This document shows, in pieces, positions 26,148 through 32,000 of a DNA stretch of 32,000 bases (position 1 is its first letter; every line of letters begins with the position of its first letter). This stretch comes from Candidatus Jordarchaeales archaeon (GTDB taxonomy: Archaea; Asgardarchaeota; Jordiarchaeia; Jordiarchaeales; Freyrarchaeaceae): the NCBI GenBank assembly GCA_038889235.1, contig JAWAHN010000003.1, forward strand, positions 233,703 through 265,702, given 5' to 3'. Below the pieces are notes generated by a model, which made no database searches, had not been told where the DNA came from, and saw nothing but the letters and a program-made list of their open reading frames with translations. A program made the translations under genes and the position numbers.

Positions 26148-26669
26148 GCCACACTCCTCCCAGGTATTTCTCCGAAACGGTTTATAGTTAACTGCGATGA
26201 AACAATTATTTAAATTCTAACATTTATTTTGACTTATATGTCAATTATATGTTTGTAATATTTTATGATCCATAGTATTAATGTGTATTAATAGTTTGTT
26301 TCTTGATGAAGGGTATTTAACGTTGTTGCCTATTTTGATTAGAGGTTGTAATTAGAAGGTTGGTTTGTTTCAAACAGATGGCGCGTGTTGCAGGTTTCGG
26401 CTTTTTGTGTTGTAGAAAGCCGGCTTTGTTAAACTGTTTTTTATGGGGCTGTCTTTAGAACCCTCTTTGAGCTACTTAGTCACAGCCTAAGAAGTTGTCA
26501 AGCTAGTCGTTTAGCTTAATACGATGCAAACTGAAATTTTAAAACAGGCGTGAGTTCAAAAGTAGGCGGCGTAGTCCTCTCCTAAACTATGCGGTTTTGT
26601 TTTTCCAAAAACTTAGGAACATAGGATGGCGTCGGGTTAGGCGAAAAAGGGTGATGGGTTTTGGTGGAG

Positions 26670-27570
26670 GCCACCACTTTTCTCTTTCTTGTGCTTTATG
26701 TCTTATGTATATGTGGCTGTTATGGTGAATATTAGGACGAAGAGTAGTAGGGTTAAGGGCTATCCCGTGTCGTATGCTGAGTGTTTCAGAGGAATAGGGG
26801 GTGTGGATTGTCATGTAGTATATGCGTCATGGCTGAGTCAAATACTGTTTTAGGGTAGAAGCCAGTTTGAATCGCCGCGGCGGCTGTAAATAGAATCGCT
26901 ACGGTTTCACCTATTATTCTGCCTATTCCGAGTATAATTCCTGTCGCGATTCCGGGCGAAGCTACGGGTATGGTTACTATGGATTGCCATTTAGTGGCGC
27001 CCAGTGATAGGCTTGCCTCCCTGAAGGACTTTGGTACGCTAAGTAGAGCTACATTGGTGCTTTTGACTATTATTGGAAGAGCCATGAAGCCGAGAACCGA
27101 CCAGCCGACGACCAGGCTTGGCCCGGCACCCGAGATTGGGTCTGCTCCTATCCTGAGTTCTTTGATGAAGAGTGAGAGGCCGAAAAGCCCGAAATATTAT
27201 TGATGGAACCCCAGCTAGATTGTTTATGACTTGGTTGAGAAACTACTTCACTTCTCCTTTGGTAAGGTACTCGGTGAAGTATATTTGAGGCCATGACTCC
27301 CGGTGGGACGGCTATCGCCATTGCCCCGGTGATCAATGCAAATGTTCCGAAGATCATTGGGGCTATTTCTCTGGCTCGCATGTTGAGGTACGGGTCGGAC
27401 AGCAGGAAAGACGGGAAATTGGAGGCGAAAGCATCCCAGCCGTAGTACACTACGACGGCCAGGATTAATGTGAAGACTGCTAATGCTAGGAGAGTTGGTA
27501 TCGCTATGAGAACGTTTCCGAGTGAGCTCAGCAGGCTTCCATGGTTTGTGGTTGACGCCTTTTCACCCAA
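26670..27570 (-). pseudogene. pstA: Decayed phosphate ABC transporter permease PstA
   Basis: Pieces in different frames: IAPMIFGT, IYFTEY..K*FLNQVINNLAGVPSIIF, GLFG, LPIIVK...VPKSFREASLSLGATKWQ, GIILGIGRIIGET and a C-terminal transmembrane segment. Several frameshifts and an in-frame TAG. Left boundary approximate. Confidence 0.85.
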
Positions 27571-27573
27571 TGT

Positions 27574-27774
27574 TTAGGACCTCCTAACCTCCAATTTTGA
27601 GAAGCGAAAAATGATGTACTCCGCCGTCGAGTTGATCAGATAAGTCATCACGAAGAGGACGAAGCCTATTCCGAGCAGAGACTGGTAGTGCATGCTGTTC
27701 CATGAGGACTCTCCAACCTCTAGGGCTATGAGGGCCATCATCAAGTAGACGGAACCCAGAAATACCTCTTTCAA
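27574..27774 (-). pseudogene. pstC: 3' remnant of phosphate ABC transporter permease PstC
   Basis: LIALEVGE...HYQSLLGIGFVLFVMTYLIN matches the PstC C-terminus and sits directly upstream of pstA. No recognisable N-terminal part. Confidence 0.7.
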
Positions 27775-28715
27775 ATAGTGGAAAGCTTTCTCCGGGCCGC
27801 CGTAAAGCGCGAATTCTAGTGAAATGTCAAGCAGGAGTGAGAGTGTTGCCGTAGTTAGTGGTTTTGGGGCATATGGGTTTAAGTGTGGGTTGACTGCTTT
27901 GTTCTTGGTGGGCGTCTAGTAGCCCGGCTAAGTCAATCTAAAACCCAGTCTGCTCTGGGGCTTCATATCCCGGTCAGGATGATGAAGCACGGAGAGTGCG
28001 GACTAGCAATGGTAGGAAGGTTGCAGCTGTTTTGAGCCTTCAGACGCGGGGAGTTGGCCCCCCCAAAGGAGCCCTCAAAGGGTTAATCGAGAGGGAAAGG
28101 TTATAGGAACGAAAACAACCCACTAAACATACCCACTTAACTTAGAACCCACAAAGATAGCTTTCAAGTTAAAGGATGCTGGGAGCATAGGGACGACGTT
28201 AATAACCCACTTTATGAAACATCCGCTGAGAACAAATGCTCCTCCTCACAATGGACGAAGAATTTAATTTTGTTGAAAACAACTTCAAAGCAGACAACTT
28301 AATTGATCACAGGAGACTTCTGAAGAGACTAAGATGAGTAACAGTACTGAAGTAGTGGAGATTGTGAAACGCTTGGTTCGGGAATCGAGTTTAAAGTATA
28401 AATAGCGATGGTGTCTTCCCCTCATTAAAGATCCAGCAAATATAGCAGAAGTTTCCTATCGAACACGTACATCATGAGCTTGGATATGGGAAGCATAAGT
28501 GGTCTCATGCTTTCGGGATCTTAATTGAAAGTTTCGATTACCATTAACTAGCTTTCTCAATAGTTCCAACGACACCACTTATCCTGGTCTTGATCTTTAT
28601 CTCACATGCTCCTGAAATAGAAGTGAAACGTCTGTAAGACACCACATAACACGTGGCCTCAACGATTGCTATAAAAAAGAGGGGAGAAGTTACTTTCTTA
28701 GAAAGGTGGTCAATG

Positions 28716-30002
28716 CTATTCTGGTAAGATATGTTTGCTTAAATGTTCCCATAAAAGATCGGTTGCATCAATAACGTATGTTTGACGACCTACAGTCCCG
28801 ATGGTAACGTACTGGTCTCCGCCAGGCCAAACGTGTCCCCCCTCCCATATAACGTAAGCTATCACTTCAACACCATTGACTCCTCCACTCCACCGCCATC
28901 TGGTAACGCTTGTGGGGTAATGCGTTGCAATAGTGAGGGCGTCTTCACGGGAGACCCTGTAAGGAAGGCAATCTAAGTCTAAGTGAGTTGAGGGCCACTT
29001 GGTCACTTCAGGCTCTGGATTACATTTATAGTGTTGTGCGAGAAGCTTAGCAGACTCAAGCATCTCTGAGGCAAAGTCCCACCATGGTGGACCTAAGATT
29101 GACTCTTTGGTCCCAGCGAACATGACTATAGTTCTCGGTTTAGGTGGGAACTCGCCACGTTTCAATCGGAGGTTTAAGAAATCTACGCCTCCGATTAACG
29201 GTAGCAATTGCTTAATTCGTTCGTAGGGTGGGGTGGCGCTTACTATTCCGACACCAGCTATCCTGTCTGGAATGTTGTAAAGCAAGTATGTCGCTAGTAC
29301 ACCACCTCCCGAAACGCCCCACGCGTAAATTCGTCTGGTATCTATGTTAAACTGCAACTTCATTCTATCTATGATAGCATTGATGAAGGCAACATCATCC
29401 TCAAACCGCATGGTCTCGAAAAGGTTTGGAGCTACAGAGATGAAGCCCTTTCTTTCAGCATATCGGTCAGAGCGAGTACCAACCCATTGAGCTAAACCGC
29501 TACACCATCCTCCGTGTAGGTCGAAAACCAATGGCATGGGTTTGCTACCATCGTACGTGCTAGGGACATAGTAGTAGTACGTCCGCTCCGCACCATTAAC
29601 GACTATAGTCTCCTCCTTGTAAGTACCAGGCTGATTGAAGCCTTCCCAGTTTATGCTTATAGGATTGCCGAACCAACCGGGTCCTGGTTCTACTCTAATG
29701 ATCGTGTTTACTCGTTGAGGTATTGGAGGATCAAGTTGACGTACATTCTCAGGTAACTCAAAAGTGCCCACAGCTACGTAATTTCCAAAGGCGTAGGGGA
29801 AATAGTGGTAGGTGGTTTCCCAATGCAGAGTGACAGGTAGTGTTGAACCATCGCTAAGAAGAATTGTAGTGGTCTTCGGCAAAATCTTTAATACTTCTTC
29901 CCAAGGAGTCATGAACGGTACTGTGAATAGTGGCTGAACTGGTGTTACTCCAACGATGTGGATGGGGGAAGGATAAGCATAGGCAGACTTTCTTTTTTCC
30001 AT
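28716..30002 (-). CDS. Esterase of the PHB-depolymerase/LpqC-like family with N-terminal Ig-like domain
   Basis: RTYYYYVP...PLVFDLHGG, G-V-S-G-G nucleophile elbow and GGHVWPGG. N-terminus LPKTTTILLSDG...VTLHW...GTFELP resembles bacterial Ig-like repeats. ATG 30002 follows GGGGTG. Confidence 0.75.
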   Translation of the reverse strand: MEKRKSAYAYPSPIHIVGVTPVQPLFTVPFMTPWEEVLKILPKTTTILLSDGSTLPVTLHWETTYHYFPYAFGNYVAVGTFELPENVRQLDPPIPQRVNTIIRVEPGPGWFGNPISINWEGFNQPGTYKEETIVVNGAERTYYYYVPSTYDGSKPMPLVFDLHGGWCSGLAQWVGTRSDRYAERKGFISVAPNLFETMRFEDDVAFINAIIDRMKLQFNIDTRRIYAWGVSGGGVLATYLLYNIPDRIAGVGIVSATPPYERIKQLLPLIGGVDFLNLRLKRGEFPPKPRTIVMFAGTKESILGPPWWDFASEMLESAKLLAQHYKCNPEPEVTKWPSTHLDLDCLPYRVSREDALTIATHYPTSVTRWRWSGGVNGVEVIAYVIWEGGHVWPGGDQYVTIGTVGRQTYVIDATDLLWEHLSKHILPE

Positions 30003-30468
30003 CAATTCACCCCTCCCAATCAACTCCTCCCCAAAATTAAAGAGGGAGGTCACTCACTTTTAAAAATATAGGTGAGAAAAAGGGTGTTTCATGCGAATTT
30101 GTCATTCACCACTATTTAAAATAAGATTTAAGAGGGAAGCGGTAAGTGAGACGTTGTGGAGGTATTTTGTGTGATTGTTTATGCTTCTTTTGAATTAATC
30201 TCCTAGTCAACGCGTGCAAAAATTTAAAATTTGTAAATGAAAGATGACTTAAAAAGCTCGGATGAAAGATATGCTAGCTGGTGTTAAAAACCTTGAAAGT
30301 TCATTACATGACGTCGTAGACGAGATGATATAAGAAGCCATAATACAGAAAGCCGAGGGTGCTTTTTTTAAGTAGTTTACAGCTTTCTTTCCCAAGATTG
30401 TTTAACTCGTTACGTGTAAGGCGCGTTTGGAAATGTTTCCAGTTTTTCGACATAGTAAAAAGAAAAGA

Positions 30469-32000
30469 TTATAGGAGGTATCCTGCTCCTTCCGATGTCG
30501 GCTTAACCATTTTCGAGTACACGCTTAGGACCCCCCTCTTGAATTTTGGTTCGGGTGGCTTCCACTTTTTCAGCCTGCTTTCAAGCTCTTCCCTTGAAAT
30601 CTTTACGTCCAACCTGCGCTCGGGTATGTCTATTGATATTACGTCCCCGTCCTTAACTACAGCTATCGGGCCGCCGCTCATGGCTTCTGGGTCTACGTGT
30701 CCTATGCAGGGGCCTCTCGTTGCCCCCGAGAATCTTCCATCTGTGACTAGTGCTACTTTGTCTCCGAGCCCTGTGCCTATGAGGGCTGCTGTCGGCTTAA
30801 GCATCTCGCGCATCCCTGGACCACCGCGCGGCCCCTCATACCTTATGACGACCACCTCTCCGGGGTTGATCTCTTTTCCCGTGATCGCTTTCAACGCGTC
30901 CTCCTCTGAGTCGAAGACCCTCGCCTCACCCTCGAACCTAAGCATTTTCGGGTCGACCGCGGACTGCTTGACCACCGCACCGTTTGGGGCTAGATTCCCC
31001 TTTAGTATGGCTATTCCTCCCTCCTTGTGCACCGGGTTGTCCCGCGGCCTTATGACGCTCCTATCGAGCACCGCGGCGTCCTTTATGTTCTCTCCAAGAG
31101 TTTTCCCTGTGACGGTCAGCACGTCCTTGTGGATGAGCTCGCCAAGCTCTTTCAACACCGCCGGTATACCCCCCGCATCGTCCAGATCCTGAACAGTGTA
31201 AGGACCGCTGGGATCCAGGTCGCACAGGTGCGGTGTCTCCCTGCTAAGCGTGTCAAACAAGTCCAACGTGAGCTTGATGCCCAGCTGCGACGCTATCGCA
31301 GGGAGGTGTAGAACAGTGTTCGTCGAGCCTCCGAGGGCCATGTCAACCCTAATAGCGTTCTCGAACGATTCATATGTCATGACGTCGCTCGGCTTGATCC
31401 CTTCTTCTACGAGCTTCACCGCCCGCATACCGGACTCCTTGGCAGCCCTCAGCCTCCTCGCGTCGACAGCCGGTATTGTTGCCAAGCCTGGGAGGGCCAT
31501 TCCAAGTGCTTCAGCCAGGCAGCACATGGTGTTAGCAGTATACATCCCCTGGCATGAGCCACAGCCGGGGAGAACGCGCTCCGAAAGTGCTCGCGCCCCC
31601 CTCTCTAGCTCCTCCGAGGGGAACATCATGCGGAGAAACTGCATTTCTAGGGCCCTCCTCCCCGTCACCTTCTCCCCCATGAATCTGCCTGGAAGCATGG
31701 GTCCGCCGTTAACGAAAATTGCCGGTATGTCTAGGAGAGCCGCAGCCATGAGCATGCCTGGGACTATTTTGTCGCAGGAGCCTATGAGCACCATGCCGTC
31801 GAGCTGGTGAGCGTTAACCATCATCTCTATGGATGCAGCTATGAGGTCCCTGCTTGGGAGGGAGTAGTGCATGCCTTCATGCCCCATCGCTATCCCGTCG
31901 CATATCGCTATTGTATGGAATTGGAGGGGGGTGCCCCCCGCCATTCTTATTCCGGCCTCCACGGCTTCGGCGATGAGGTTTAGGTGGACGTGTCCCGGCA
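30469..32000 (-). CDS. ilvD: Dihydroxy-acid dehydratase, 5' end beyond the window
   Basis: [57 protein letters not shown] and TDGRFSG. Confidence 0.95.
   Translation of the reverse strand, partial: PGHVHLNLIAEAVEAGIRMAGGTPLQFHTIAICDGIAMGHEGMHYSLPSRDLIAASIEMMVNAHQLDGMVLIGSCDKIVPGMLMAAALLDIPAIFVNGGPMLPGRFMGEKVTGRRALEMQFLRMMFPSEELERGARALSERVLPGCGSCQGMYTANTMCCLAEALGMALPGLATIPAVDARRLRAAKESGMRAVKLVEEGIKPSDVMTYESFENAIRVDMALGGSTNTVLHLPAIASQLGIKLTLDLFDTLSRETPHLCDLDPSGPYTVQDLDDAGGIPAVLKELGELIHKDVLTVTGKTLGENIKDAAVLDRSVIRPRDNPVHKEGGIAILKGNLAPNGAVVKQSAVDPKMLRFEGEARVFDSEEDALKAITGKEINPGEVVVIRYEGPRGGPGMREMLKPTAALIGTGLGDKVALVTDGRFSGATRGPCIGHVDPEAMSGGPIAVVKDGDVISIDIPERRLDVKISREELESRLKKWKPPEPKFKRGVLSVYSKMVKPTSEGAGYLL

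Noticed and set aside
27975-28040. ATGATGA followed by CGGA and TTGA, a possible C/D box sRNA
   Set aside because: No canonical CTGA D box, poor C' box and no identifiable guide target.
15850-31810. Long antisense ORFs such as 15850..16425, 19044..19787, 30359..31192 and 31250..31810
   Set aside because: They lie opposite well-supported genes (cbiS, btuD, ilvD), have Ser/Pro/Thr-rich shadow composition and show no motifs.
1-32000. CRISPR arrays, tRNA/rRNA genes, transposases and integrases
   Set aside because: No regularly spaced repeats, cloverleaf or rRNA signatures, or DDE/tyrosine-recombinase motifs were recognised by eye.

Overview
Archaeal DNA, judged from cobY, a cbiZ-cobZ fusion, archaeal-type cobT, apgM, HEPN-MNT pairs, TATA-like promoters and GGAGG/GGTG ribosome-binding sites. 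The lineage cannot be fixed from sequence alone. Left to right: (1) a minus-strand block of two stand-alone V4R proteins, a CbbQ/NirQ/NorQ-type AAA+ ATPase with large inserts, and an alpha-solenoid repeat protein that is missing from the ORF track and runs off the left edge; (2) a phosphoribosyltransferase, one decayed and one open, low-GC HEPN-MNT pair, and gene remnants; (3) ordinary metabolic and stress genes (DUF998, AsnB-like, ferritin-like, amidohydrolase, WrbA-like); (4) an approximately 10-kb cobinamide uptake/salvage cluster (btuFCD-cobD-cbiB-cbiZ/cobZ-cobS-cobY, with divergent cobT and convergent apgM), bracketed by two paralogous six-cysteine proteins of unknown function; (5) a lysophospholipase-like hydrolase, a secreted permuted NlpC/P60 protein, decayed pstC/pstA, an Ig-domain esterase and a partial ilvD. 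No rRNA, tRNA, CRISPR array, transposase or integrase was recognised. Strongest leads: the V4R/AAA+/solenoid module, the six-Cys paralogues with a shared GATAA-N-TTATC palindrome linked to the B12 promoter, and a probable CTG start codon for cobD. All family assignments come from motif recognition by eye; no database searches were run.
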